Assembly (NCBI RefSeq): GCF_004010195.1
Contig: NC_057734.1
Span: 17,422,133-17,473,002 of the forward strand
Reading direction: 5' to 3'
Length of the DNA: 50,870 bases
From: Chiloscyllium plagiosum
Taxonomy: Eukaryota
Shown here: positions 24,301 to 35,710 of the stretch, one piece after another
Position numbering within the stretch: position 1 is the first letter of the stretch
How the letters are laid out: every line of letters starts with the position of its first letter
The notes under the pieces: model-generated
Seen by the model: only the letters and a program-made list of their open reading frames with translations
Told to the model about the DNA's origin: nothing
The model's database searches: none
Translations under genes and position numbers: made by a program

Positions 24301-27300
24301 TGAGAAAGTCATAAATACTTTTATCATCGTTTCAAATTACTTCAGAGCATGAACCAGTCTGAAGCTGTTGTATTCCTATTCAGTAGCTTTGATTGAGCCC
24401 TTTCTGGATGTTAAATGGAAGATAATTCGAGTGAACATTTCTTCAGCTCCTTGTAGCTCAGGCAGGACAAAGCATTGAACTAAATGACACTGTTAGATTT
24501 GAAAATTAACTTTGCCACCCTTCTTTAATATAAAAGGAGGCCCTAATTGGATATCAGTTGAGGAATTGAGTGTGAGCTGTAAGTCAGTTCTTCTGTAAAG
24601 CGATGGTTGTGTTCTTGTGTAACCCGCATTATAGAAAAATCAAGCTTTAGAAACAGCGCTTTAAGTGTTGGCGATGTAATTGTGTTATATCCAACACATT
24701 TTAAAAGTTCGCGTTTTAGAAACAACGTCCCCTTTTCATCAATCGCGTTACAGCACATTTGCATTGAAGAAATGTGCAATATAGCAAAACAACCTGTATA
24801 TTCTGTTTTTAAAATTGTTTATTGCCTGTCAGTGCTCTCAATGCGTAAGATTGATCAAAGCTTCCTTGCTGATACGGCCGTTTAAAATCTAATGAAATAG
24901 CTTGCAAGACTGTAAACTTAAATATTAAGCAATTGAAGCCACACCTGTTGACTTCTGCTTGAAGGGTTAACTGCCAGATATGAATTATTACTTAGATGAC
25001 CAACACTTTGATTAAAGTTTGGATCTCAGCATATACACAGGTAGGTGTCCTTAATATTATAGAATGTCCTCGAAGAATCAAGGTTAAAGCCTGTTTAATC
25101 AGAACTAAGAAATGTTAGAGGTAGCATTACATTACAAGCTGTATTCTTTAGGTTAAATAAACTGGTAGGAAATATACACAGAACAATTTTCAGGGGAATT
25201 ACTGAGAGTTGCAAACTCTATGGAGTAAATACAGTGAGGGACTTAATAATGTGAAGTGGGATAGTAATAGAATGAAGAGCAGAAAAGATAAGAGCTTCTA
25301 AAATTTGAACAGAATAATTTTCAACATTGTTATGTTTCCAGTCCAACAAGGAAAGAAGCCTTGCTGGTTCTGGTTCTGTGAAATGAAGCAAGACAAAGGA
25401 TTGTAGTGGAGTATTTAGAGGACATGACCATAGTATCATAAGGTTCAGGTTCCCAATGGAAAAGGACAACAAACATTCCAGAGTAAAACTAATAAATGGG
25501 AGGATGGCCAGTTTCATTGTGGTGAGAGCAAATATGACCTACGTAAATTATAATCAAAGATTGGCAAGCAGAACTGTAATTGAACAGTGGGCAGCTTTTG
25601 AAGAGGAGATTGTTCAAATGCAATTGAGGTACTTTCTCAAGAAGAATAAAAGTACAAAAAACAAATCTAGAGCTCTCTGGTTGGTGAAAGAAATGAATGA
25701 TAAGATGAAACAGAAAAGTGTCATTGTTGTGAGACCCATAATACAAGTCAGAACCAGGCTGGATAGAGAAAGATTTAGATTTTATTGTCATTCAAAGTTT
25801 GTGAGAAGATTTGTAGCTCGGGCGCTCATTGTTGTGGTTCTGTTCGCCGAGCTGGGAATTTGTGTTGCAGATGTTTCGTCCCCTGTCTAAGTGACATCCT
25901 CAGTGCTTGGGAGCCTCCTGTGAAGCGCTTCAGTGATCTTTCCTCCGGCATTTGTAGTGGTTTGAATCTGCCGCTTCCAGTTGTCACTTCCAGCTGTCCG
26001 TTGCAGTGGTCGGTATATTGGGTCCAGGTCGATGTGCTTATTGATTGAATCTGTGGATGAGTGCCATGCCTCTAGGAATTCCCTGGCTGTTCTCTGTTTG
26101 GCTTGTCCTATAATAGTAGTGTTGTCCCAGTCATGTTGCTTGTCATCTGCATGTGTGGCTACTAAGGATAGCTGGTCGTGTCGTTTCGTGGCTAGTTGGT
26201 GTTCATGGATTCGGATTGTTAGCTGTCTTCTGTTTGTCCTATGTAGTGTTTTGTGCAGTCCTTGCAACACAAATTTTATTGTCATGTGTATTCAAGTACA
26301 GGGGTGCAGTGAAAAGTCTCTAACGTCACCTCATGGCACTGTCTTAGGTACAAAGGTACCGAAGTATGAAAAGCTCAGATACCAAGTAGTAAAATAAACA
26401 AAATTTAAGTGTCACATTACAGATCTTCATAGAATAAATAGAAAAATAAAGAAATAAGGTAACAGTTAACATTAAAATTCTGAGTTAGTCTGAAAGTTAG
26501 GATCATAGAATCCCTACAGTATGGAAGTAAGCCATTTGGCCCATCGAGTCCACACCGACCCTCCGAAGAGCATCCCACCCATGCCCTGTAACTCTACATT
26601 TCCCATGGCTAGTCCACCTAGCCTGCACATCCCTGGACTTTATCAGTAATTTAGCATGGCCAATCCACCTAACTTGCACAATTTTTGGATTGTGGGAGGA
26701 AACCAGAGTACCTGGATGTCACACACGCAGACATGGGCTGAATGTGCAAACTCCACACAGACACAAGGCTGGAATTGAACTGAGGTCCCTGACGCTGTGA
26801 GGCAGCAGTGCTAATCACTGTGCCACTCCAAATTCTGAGAGAAAGCGTAAAAAGAAATAAGCAGAGCAAAGAGTCTTCTATCGGTATGTAAGTTATAAAA
26901 GGGCAGTAAAAGAAGGATGGATTACGGATCAAAAAAGCAGTTTTGGGTATGGAAGCAGAAATATGAAATATTATTATATGATTACTTTGCATCCTCTACC
27001 AAAGAAAAAGATCTGATGAAGATGTAGTGAAAGATGAGAATGTTGAGACCCTGGATAAGTTAAAAGTCAGTGAATGGTAGTTATTAGGAAGACTAGCCAT
27101 ATTTAGAAGTTAATAAGTCATCAGGACTGGTCTCTGTGAACTCAGTCTTTCATTGCATTGAGAGTTGTTTCAAAATTGTTCAACATAAAACCAGAATTAT
27201 GTCTTTTGAATATTGTTGAAAAACGAGAAGCTTGAAGCTATCCTCAATACCCTTTACCTGGTTGTATAAATTATTGTTTTTGTTTGAAATTTAACATTCT

Positions 27301-30300
27301 TATATTTGCCTAGATAAGTGCAAGACCAAAAGCTTTGACAACATGCTCACTTTTCAGTAAAATTCAAATTATTTCTCTATTCTACACCTGATTAAAATAG
27401 CTTTCATCGCACAAATATTAAATATCTCCATATGTGGATCGATGGCTGGTTGTGCTTAATAACTCTTGTAAAGCACTCTGAAGTGCTTCATTACATGAAA
27501 GGTATGGTATATAAATATATATTGTTGTGTGTCAGAGAAAGAAGAATGTGAGCGGAATGGAGGTAAAATGGCAGTCATTGACAAAAGCTTCAATAAATTG
27601 TGTCTATTTTATACAATGGACAGTGCTTTGGAAATGTGATATTTGGCCTGAATAAGCATTTCCAATTTCCTACTATTCTTTCTCTGTGCATTCACAGGTT
27701 GATGTGGGAGGTATGGATGCCATGTGTCCGTAATGTTGTATCCCAGTGGCTGCCCCGGAATTGTGCTCCAATGGTGGATTTCTTGGAGAACTGGATGCCT
27801 GCAGTACCTCTCTGGATATTGGACAATATTCTTGAACAGCTGATTTTTCCCAAGTTGCAGCGTGAGGTAGGAACCTCTTGTTACTGTTAGCGATAAGTGA
27901 GAGAGTCATGCAGGCTGATATGTACTGCTGATTGCCAGAACCTAAAAGGTTGCATATAGCATCTTATTAACTTCACAAGGCACCTTTGAATAAGGACTTT
28001 TAACTTCCAAAGTGCTCATTGAGTTTAGCAAAGAAAAAATTGCAAGAAACAAAGAAGTTGACATCTTGAAAATGTCATATTACAGAGGAGGAAGTGCTAA
28101 ATGTCTTGAAACACAAAAAAGTGGAGAAGTCCCCAGGACCTGATCAGGTGTACCGTAGAACTCTGTGGGAAGCTAGGGAAGTGATTGCTGGGCCCCTTGC
28201 TGAGATATTTGTATCATTGATAGTCACAGGTTAGGTGCCGGAAGACTGGACATTGGCTAACTATTTAAGAAGGGTGGTAAGGACAAGCCAGGGAACTATA
28301 GACCAGTGAACCTGATGGTGGTGGTGGGCAAATTGTTGGAGGGAATCCTGAGGGACAGTATGTACATGCATTAGGAAAGGCACAGACTGATTGGGGATAG
28401 TCAACATGGCTTTGTATGTGGGAAATCATATCTCACAAACTTGATTGAGTTTTTTGAAGAAGTAATAAAGAGGATTGATGAGGCAGAGCTGTGGACATGA
28501 TCTTTATGGACTTCAGTAAGATGTTCGACAAGGTTCTCCATGGGAGACTGGTTAGCAAGGTTAGATCTCACGGAATACAGGGAGAACTGGCCATTTGGAT
28601 ACACAACTGGTAACTGCAGGGTTGTTTTTCAGACTGGAGGCCTGTGACCAGTGGAGTGCCACAAGGGTCGGTGCTAGGTCCACTATTTTTCGTCATTTAA
28701 GTAAATGATTTGGATGTGAGCATAACAGGTAACGTTAATAAGTTTGCAGATGACACCAAAATTGGAGGTGTAGTGGACAGCAAAGAAGGTTACCTCAGAT
28801 TACAATAGGATCTTGATCAGATAGGTCAATGGGTTGAGAAGTGGCAGATGGAGTTTAATTTAGATAAATGTGAGGTGCTGCATTTTGGGAAAGCAAATCT
28901 TAGCAGGATTAATACACTTAATGGTAAGGGCCTGGGGAATGTTGCTGAACAGAGAAACTTTGGAGTGCAGGTTCATAGCTTCTCGAAAGTGGAGTCACAG
29001 GTGGATAGGATAGTGAAGAAGGCATTTGGTATGCTTTCCTTTATTTGTCAGAGTATTGAGTACAGGTGTTGGGAGGTCATGTTGCAGCTGTAAAGGTCAT
29101 TGGTTAGGCCACTGTTGGAATATTGCGTGCAACTCCTTCCTGTCTGAAAATGTTGTGAAACTTGAAAGGGTTCAGCAAAGATTTACAAGGATGTTGCCAG
29201 AGTTGGAGGATTTGAGCTATAGGGAGAGGTTGAATAGGCTGAGGCTGTTTTTGCTGAAGTTTATAGAGGTTTATAAAATCATGAGGAGCATGGACAGGGT
29301 AGATAGACAAGGTCTTTTCCTGGGGTGAGGAAGTCCAGGTCTAGAGGGCATAGGTTTAGGATGAGAGGGGAAAGATATAAAAGAAATCTAAGGGGCAACT
29401 TTTTCACAGAGGGTGGTACGAGTACGGAATGAGCTGCCAGAGGAAGTGGTGGAGGCTAGTACGTTTGCAACATTTAAAAGGCATCTGGATGGGTATATGA
29501 ATAGGAAGGGTTTGGAGGGATATGGGCTGAGTTCTGGCAGGTGGGACTAGATCGTTTTGGGATATCTGGTCGGCATGGACGAGTTTGACTGAAGAGTCTA
29601 TTTCCACGCTGTACATCTCTATGACTCTTAAGAATGAAAAGAAAACGAATAGGAGTCCAGGTGGAATAGAAAGTAATAGTCGGGGTTGAAACATCCAAAT
29701 TTGAAGCAATCAAAATTTAAATATGAATAATAGAAGGAAAACAGAACAGATGAGAACGAAGGAAAATCAGGGTAGAAAAAGTCAAGAAGGCTCTGTCTTG
29801 ATCAGCAAGTTGTCAAAGAGATGGCCTTATTTCAACAACCAGCTTTGCCAAGAAACCAATAGAAAAATGGGTATTGTAAAACAATTAACCTCATCACCAT
29901 TGGAAGAGCTTTCACACAATCATCATGAAAAAGAAAAGCTCAAGAATATATATGATTTCTTCATTAACACAAACTTATTTTTTCAGGTTGAGAACTGGAA
30001 TCCACTGACGGACACAGTCCCAATCCATGCCTGGATTCACCCCTGGCTTCCATTGATGCAGATGCGCCTGGAGCCTCTGTATTCGCCAATCCGCAACAAG
30101 CTTTCCAATGCATTGCAGAAATGGCATCCCAGTGACTCGTCTGCAAAACTGATCCTATTGCCATGGAAAAATGTGTTCACACCAGGATCCTGGGACGCCT
30201 TCATGCAGAAAAATATTGTTCCAAAGTTAGGTGAGAAAGTACTTAAGCATAAATTATATTGCAACTGAAACAAGTATCTCACTTCTATCAAGTGCTTGGT

Positions 30301-33300
30301 AGTATAAAATTCCACAAGAGCCAATCAGCCTTCAGCCCCGAGTCAAGTTTACTGGTGTTCATATGGGATCCAATTTGAGTTATAGCAGGTTAATTAATTT
30401 AAAGGGAACATCACCATCAACTTATTTTCTTTTCTGTCCTGTCCCTTGAACTGCAACAATGTATTTACCGTTAAATGTAAATAAAACAATAAACTGCAGA
30501 TGCTGGAGATCTGAAACAAATGCAGAAATTGCTGGAGAAACCCGACAGGTCTAGAGAAAAACAAAGGTAATGTTTCATGTCCAGTGACCCTTAATCATCA
30601 AATGTTGTTAGGGAGAGAACGGAGTGGGAATACAGGTTGATTTTGTTTGCCCCAACTTAGGGGTGTGGTGTGGCCAATAATCCCTTAATATCTTTTGTAT
30701 ACAAACATATCTCTTTAAATACCTTTTATTAATTTTCAATGATAGCATTTGTTTCAAATTGTCACAATACTTTTTTTTGTAAAGTAGTTATTCTTTGATT
30801 CACTATTGACTTCTTATTAACATTGTTGATCTTTTGTTTTGAATTCCCTTACCAGAGGAAAGAGTTGTTCCAATATATCAAATTAAATTTCTTCTTATTT
30901 CAAACATTTTGGTGAGAACAACCCTTAAGTTCCTTAATTCAAGGCAAACCAGTTTAGCCCAGTCTTTCATGATAGTTTAGCATTGATATTATTGTAGTTA
31001 GTAACCATTGGACATTCGCAAAGCCAACATACCCTTTCCAGGATGTGATAACTAAAATTCATGTTAAGTTTAAATGAGGACTGACCATAAAATATGGTTT
31101 TCTTTTTTTTTTGAACAATGCACGGCATATGTTTAGTCTTTCTTATCACTGGTGCAACCCAAACGGAGTTTGTGAGATTATGCCACTTAGTAGTGTTGAT
31201 GACCCCTACCATTGCTGTGATGATAATCAAGTATAGACTGATAGGGAAATAATTTACTGTGTTGAACTTGTCTTGCTTTTTGGGGCAGGACATACATGAA
31301 TAGTTTTGGGGCAGGACATACATGAATAGGTAAATGCCAGTGTTGTACCTGTAATAGAATAGCTTGCACCGGTATGTGGATTGTACTAGAGTATAATTTG
31401 TCAATGTTATTGTTAGGGCCCATAGCCTTTTGCAAGATCTAGTACCTTCAGTCATTTCTTGATACCAAGTGGAGTGAATCAAGTTGGCTGAAAACTAACA
31501 TCTATGAAGTTCAGGACTTCAGGTGGAGCTGTATCATCCACTCCTGGTCAATCTCCCACCTAACACCCAGCATAAGTTTGAGTTTCTTCAAATCTCTGCT
31601 GCCTGTATCCTAACTCACAGCAAGATCTGTTTCCATACCAGCCTGTGCATCCTGGTCTGCAATGCCTCATTTTAAAATTGTCATTGTTGTTTTCAAAGCC
31701 TTTCATATCCTGTCCATCCTTGTATCTTTAACTCCTGTAACCTGACAGCCCATCAAGATATCGGTGTTCCTCCAATTCTGGTCTCTTATGCATTTCCTTA
31801 ACATTGGTGGGCATGTCTCCAGTTGCCTGGGTGGTGAGCTGTGGAATTCCTCCCTAAGTGTTTCTGCCTTTTTCTCTTTCTGTAAATTATTTGTTAAAAT
31901 CATCATCTTCAACCAAGCCATCAAATATCCACGTATATGGTTCTCTATTTTTGATTGCTGCTACATTGAAGATCTTTCAATCTTTTAACTAAATCATAAG
32001 AGTTATATAAATGCAAGTTGTTACATATTCAATTTCCTTTTGCAAATTAGTTTTGGATCTACTTCTGGGCACTGCAGTTAAAATCATAACCACACACTTC
32101 ATGAAACAAAAAGTCTCTTCATCTGCACTCTGGCTCTTTTGCCGATTAGCTTAAATCTGTGTAATCTGGTTACTGACTCGTCTGCCAGTGACAGCAATCT
32201 CTATTTCTGGTTTGTTCAAATTAATGTGAGGATCCCATGTTTCCTGTTGGGTCGAAGAAATTTTGCTTTAGGAAACTATCTGCATGTATCTCTATTAATT
32301 TGTCATCACTCATCAGCATTCCTTGTAACTAATTGATATTTTAGAAGTGCTTTAGTAAGACTCTACCTTGAATTAATTTAATATTTTTTTTAATTTCTAA
32401 ACTTTTAAAAAAATGTTTCATTGCTGGGGTGTGAGTATTATTAGTGAGCTTAATGTTCATTGCTGGTGCCTAGTTGCCCTGATAATGCCAGGGTAGACTA
32501 TCTTCTAGAATTTTGATTCCACTGAGTGGTTTGCTCAATGAATTCAGGGAGCATTTAGTAGTCAAGAGGTATAGTTAGTAAGTTTGCAGGTGACACCAAA
32601 TGTAGGACTTGTCACATACAGATGAAAACAAATATGGTTGGCATATTTGATGGTTTCTGTGAACTAGTTGGGTTTTTGAACAGTCTGACTCCACCATGGT
32701 CACTTTTAGTAATACCAACTTTTTATGGCTGATCTGTTCTGTATGTGTGTTGTCGTTTCATCTAAATATACAATTTTGCAATTAGTCTTCAATAATCTCT
32801 GACAAAAATAAACTACACAAGAAAATATAAGATGATTATGAAGATAAGTGCCTGCAATTCAAAATTTGGCACTCAGCAGTTGTAGCTAATTCCTGATGGT
32901 GCTATGTTTTAATATGTTTGTTTCTGTCCATGACAGGGATGTGTTTGACGGAGTTTGTGATTAATCCTCACCAACAACACATGGACACGTTCCATTGGGT
33001 GATGGACTGGGAGGACATGATCTCAGCTTCCAGCCTCATAGGATTGCTTGAGAAAAACTTTTTCCCAAAGTGGTTACAGGTGAGTTTGCAAGCCTTAATG
33101 ATTGAACATCAGTTAAATTTCTGCTTACCACTGGCTCAGTGATTACAAAATTTGGCAGCAAGGTAGTTGTGCTGCACGTTGTTTGCTGATGATTGAATGA
33201 AGGAGGAGGATTGATCTATGAGAGTAGAAGCATGAAGCTGTTTATGCAATACAGGTACATTGTTATATAATCGTGTAGTTTTGTATTCAACTTTTCTTAT

Positions 33301-35710
33301 AGTACCTAATGCAATTTATCAATTTTGTGATCTTTATTCTCCTTTGTGTTCCAAATTACCTTTCCTTCCTGTCTAGGTGCTGTGTTCTTGGCTGAGTAAT
33401 AGTCCCAATTATGAAGAGGTCACTAAATGGTATTTGGGATGGAAGTCCATGTTTTCTGACCAGGTATTGGCCCACCCCACAATCAAGGAGAAGTTCAATG
33501 AAGCTCTGGACATTATGAACCGGGCTGTCACCTCCACAGTTGGTAAGTAATTCAGTTTTATTTCTCCTGAATACTCTTTAAAAGATGATGGTAGCAAGAG
33601 CATGTATTTGGGAAGGGAAAGGAAGAGAAATGAAAATGACTGATAAGAAAAAGGAAAAATATTACCAGTTGTAGCAAAGAGTTCCGGAAAGGAAGAGCAA
33701 GGATTTGAAAGGGGTACTGTAGAATATTCAAAGTCACAGTGATGGAATGTCCAATGCACTTTGTGACAACCAGTTTGTCCTCAGAAGGTCCCATAAGCAA
33801 GAATAAGATATATGACCTGACAAATCTATGGTTAAACCTTTTAATTATTTTAAAATGCATCATTAACACTTTTGAAAGCATTGAACCAACTTAAAGGCTC
33901 AGATCAAATTTGAAATCTGGATTTTCTTCATGAGAAGATGGGATTTTCTGGAGGGATTTCTTACAGTAGCTGAAGAGCTCCCTATAATCATAAAACCACA
34001 GCCCTACTGCCACAGGTACAGTGCTATCATAAGGTTCAGAAACCACCACTACCTTACCTGCATTATCCCTCCCAGTGCTGTTGAAAACAATTTTCAACAT
34101 GTTACTTACCCACTCCTCAATACAGCAATACGTTGTAGCAGCATCCTGTAACTGGCTTAAAGGTAGAAGACAGAGGGTGGTGGTGGAGGGTTGTTTTTCA
34201 GACTGGAGGCCTGTGACCATTGGAGTGCCACAAGGATCGGTGTTGGGTCCTCTACTTTTTGTCATTTGTATAAATGATTTGGATGTGAGCATAAGAGGTA
34301 CAGTTAGTAAGTTTGCAGGTGACACCAAAATTGGAGGTGTAGTGGGCAGCGAAGAGGGTTACCTCAGATTACAACGGGATCTTGATAAGATGGGCCAATG
34401 GGCTGAGAAGTGGCAGATGGAGTTTAATTTAGATAAATGTGAGGTGCTGCACTTTGGGAAAGCAAACCTTAGCAGGACTTATACATTTAATGGTAAAGTC
34501 CTCAGGAGTGTTGCTGAACAAAAAGACTTGGAGTGCAGGTTCATTGCTCCAAAGCACTTCAGCCTCAAATCTGTTTTGACACATTGCCTTACTTAATTAT
34601 TGAAACATAGTGTTTCATGAAGATTTATGACTACTGTACAATTGGACATATTACTGCCTTTCCCTGATTTAAAGGATAGCCTGGAGAGTTCAACAATCCT
34701 ATTTTGTTTGTAAAGGTCTCGGCCTTGAAAAGTATGCTTGTGAAATTTGGTTAATTTCTGAGCTCAGTCAAGCTTGGCTTGGAAAGGGTGGACGCTAGGA
34801 AATTGTTTCCGTTAGGCGAGGAGACTAGGACCCGTGGACGCAGCCTTAGAATTAGAGGGGGTAAATTCAGAACAGAAATGTGGAGACATTTCTTCAGCCA
34901 GAGAGTGGTGGGCCTGTGGAATTCATTGCCACGGAGTGCAGTGGAGGCCGGGACGCTAAATGTCTTCAAGGCAGAGATTGATAAATTCTTGATGTCACAA
35001 GGAATTAAGGGCTATGGGGAGAATGCGAGTAAGTGGAGTTGAAATGCCCATCAGCCATGATTGAATGGCGGAGTGGACTCGATGGGCCGAATGGCCTTAC
35101 TTCCACTCCTATGTCTTATGGTCTTAAGCGATATCAAATCTGTATTCTTGCACTGTTCATTTCAATGTAATTCCCAGTTACTTATTCCAAAGCTTTGTTA
35201 GCCCCCAAATGAAAGTTAAAACCTTCCTGTGACTTATCACTTTCAAATTGAATGGGCATGCCCTGATATGTAAACTCGTCATAATATACAACTGGCAATT
35301 TTGTTATTCCCTGGATCTAGAATTACAAGCTTTTCTTCTTCAATTTTTAAACAGGTGGTTACATGCAGCCAGGAGCTCGGGAGAACATTGCCTATCTTAC
35401 CCACACAGAGCGCCGGAGAGACTTTCAGTACGAGGCAATGCAGGAGCGCCGTGAGGCGGAGAATCTGGCACACCGTGGCATTGGGGTCAGCTCTGCCTCC
35501 ATACCAATGAACTTCAAAGACTTGATCCAGGCAAAGGCTGAAGAGCACAATATTGTCTTCATGCCCTTGATGGGGAAACGTCATGAGGGCAAACAGCTCT
35601 ACACCTTTGGTCGGATAGTTATTTACATTGACAGAGGGGTTGTATTTGTGCAGGGGGAGAAAACCTGGGTGCCAACATCACTTCAGAGCCTCATTGACAT
35701 GGCTAAATAA
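6196..35710 (+). CDS. TFIP11: Tuftelin-interacting protein 11 (G-patch spliceosome disassembly factor, Ntr1/Spp382 homologue); spliced CDS of 12 exons, 830 aa
   Basis: Exons 6196-6395, 7395-7554, 11252-11408, 12468-12595, 18366-18524, 22055-22558, 23215-23321, 27698-27866, 29987-30230, 32937-33079, 33377-33542, 35355-35710 sum to 2493 nt, all GT-AG and phase-compatible; peptide runs MSMSHLY...[10 protein letters not shown]...G-patch...[13 protein letters not shown], closely matching vertebrate TFIP11. Confidence 0.98.
7395..7554 (+). CDS. TFIP11: TFIP11 coding exon 2
   Basis: [14 protein letters not shown]...FAPKKLKT; tag| and |GTAAGT. Confidence 0.97.
8160..8505 (+). mobile_element. tRNA-derived SINE (SacSINE1/Deu-like family), decayed
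   Basis: Body 'cttacctggtctgtcctacatataactccagacccataacactgtggttgacacttaactgccctctg' and tail shared with 41131-41466. Confidence 0.7.
8784..10192 (-). mobile_element. CR1 LINE, 3' 1.4 kb (RT domain to tail), frameshifted
   Basis: ORFs 9793-10050 ([21 protein letters not shown]), 9584-9826 (VPQGSVL..IYINDL..KFAGNTK), 8933-9478 ([17 protein letters not shown]). Confidence 0.93.
10197..10603 (-). mobile_element. Second CR1 3'-end fragment abutting the first
   Basis: Repeats the sequence of 8790-9220 with divergence. Confidence 0.85.
11252..11408 (+). CDS. TFIP11: TFIP11 coding exon 3 (G-patch N-terminal part)
   Basis: GGFFKSS...[29 protein letters not shown]. Confidence 0.97.
11800..12375 (-). 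mobile_element. CR1 LINE internal fragment (endonuclease C-terminal region)
   Basis: Reverse translation '[22 protein letters not shown]' (APE SDH motif). Confidence 0.7.
12468..12595 (+). CDS. TFIP11: TFIP11 coding exon 4 (G-patch C-terminal part)
   Basis: [42 protein letters not shown]. Confidence 0.97.
13010..13400 (-). repeat. Old LINE (L2-like) 3' fragment
   Basis: Similar to 47930-48230; highly decayed. Confidence 0.4.
14433..15101 (-). mobile_element. Solo LTR (669 bp)
   Basis: TG...CA termini (TGTTATGAA / TTTGTGACA), 4-bp target duplication CTGG (14429-14432, 15102-15105), host LINE continues on both sides; TATA-like and AATAAA motifs on - strand give the tentative orientation. Confidence 0.85.
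16662..17077 (+). mobile_element. PLE family A end with 5' inversion (two opposed hammerhead remnants)
   Basis: 16662-16820 is the inverted copy of ~16880-17035; 15-bp TSD ttgggctgacaagtg / ttgggccaacaagtg. Confidence 0.88.
17968..18330 (+). mobile_element. CR1 LINE 3' end
   Basis: ORF 17978: '[38 protein letters not shown]'. Confidence 0.9.
18366..18524 (+). CDS. TFIP11: TFIP11 coding exon 5
   Basis: [34 protein letters not shown]...ELSQVK. Confidence 0.97.
19365..19635 (-). mobile_element. HE1-type SINE, decayed
   Basis: Reverse complement has tRNA-like head and HE1 body/tail. Confidence 0.8.
21298..21515 (-). mobile_element. PLE family A end with inversion; intact minimal hammerhead core at 21396-21423 (-)
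   Basis: Reverse complement CTGAAGA-A-GGGC ttat GCCC-GAA-ACGT-C; arms are inverted copies; TSD ccccatctgacata (21284-21297) / ccccgcctgacata (21516-21529). Confidence 0.88.
22055..22558 (+). CDS. TFIP11: TFIP11 coding exon 6
   Basis: [15 protein letters not shown]...[13 protein letters not shown]...KTWNPLQ. Confidence 0.98.
22975..23052 (-). repeat. PLE family B end fragment, decayed
   Basis: Reverse complement 'cacctgacaaaggatcagggctcaaaaaacttgtgatttcaagtaaacctgttggactataatctggtgt' resembles 1665-1740. Confidence 0.65.
23215..23321 (+). CDS. TFIP11: TFIP11 coding exon 7
   Basis: [36 protein letters not shown]; too short for the ORF track. Confidence 0.96.
23742..24066. repeat. Fold-back (inverted) PLE family D derivative with 87-bp near-perfect stem
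   Basis: 23823-23909 is the reverse complement of 23934-24020 with one mismatch; 24-nt spacer. Confidence 0.9.
24582..24796. mobile_element. Probable Tigger/pogo-like MITE
   Basis: CpG-richer island ending 'aatatagcaaaacaacctg|ta'; left TIR decayed. Confidence 0.5.
25792..26272 (-). mobile_element. PLE family C, 5'-truncated (GIY-YIG C-terminal half + hammerhead end)
   Basis: ORF 25887-26285 '[36 protein letters not shown]'; hammerhead 25867-25906; TSD attttattgtcat (25779-25791, 26273-26285). Confidence 0.92.
26503..26828 (-). mobile_element. HE1-type SINE
   Basis: Reverse complement 'ggcacagtgattagcactgctgcctcacagcgtcagggacctcagttcaattccagcc...'. Confidence 0.88.
27698..27866 (+). CDS. 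TFIP11: TFIP11 coding exon 8
   Basis: [32 protein letters not shown]...LIFPKLQRE. Confidence 0.97.
28058..29628 (+). mobile_element. CR1 LINE 3' 1.57 kb, decayed
   Basis: [37 protein letters not shown] peptides; tail 'tgtacatctctatgactct'. Confidence 0.93.
29987..30230 (+). CDS. TFIP11: TFIP11 coding exon 9
   Basis: [24 protein letters not shown]...NIVPKL. Confidence 0.98.
30483..30602 (-). repeat. PLE family D end fragment
   Basis: 'actgcagatgctggagatctgaaacaaatgcagaaattgctggagaaac...tttcatgtccagtgaccct..catca'. Confidence 0.65.
31190..31545 (-). mobile_element. LINE RT-region fragment related to 15.8-16.2 kb
   Basis: Reverse translation 'KAMGPNNNI', 'KKQDKFN..NYFPISL'; internal 27-bp tandem duplication at ~31277-31329. 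Confidence 0.65.
32937..33079 (+). CDS. TFIP11: TFIP11 coding exon 10
   Basis: [29 protein letters not shown]...FFPKWLQ. Confidence 0.97.
33377..33542 (+). CDS. TFIP11: TFIP11 coding exon 11
   Basis: [55 protein letters not shown]. Confidence 0.97.
34150..34548 (+). mobile_element. CR1 RT internal fragment lacking 3' tail
   Basis: ORF 34075: [41 protein letters not shown].. Confidence 0.9.
34776..35126 (+). mobile_element. CR1 LINE 3' end (different subfamily, CpG-rich)
   Basis: ORF 34779: [36 protein letters not shown]; tail 'atgtcttatggtctt'. Confidence 0.9.
35355..35710 (+). CDS. TFIP11: TFIP11 last coding exon
   Basis: [35 protein letters not shown]...[13 protein letters not shown]. 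Confidence 0.98.

Larger units (their letters stand above)
25330..27130 (+). mobile_element. Old CR1 internal fragments (about 25330-25775 and 26880-27130) hosting a PLE and a SINE
   Basis: '[14 protein letters not shown]..' and 'ILYDYFASS' style CR1 ORF2 remnants. Confidence 0.55.

Noticed and set aside
29723-29986. Long upstream extension of ORF 29723-30268
   Set aside because: Intron read-through; homology to TFIP11 begins only at the acceptor 29987.
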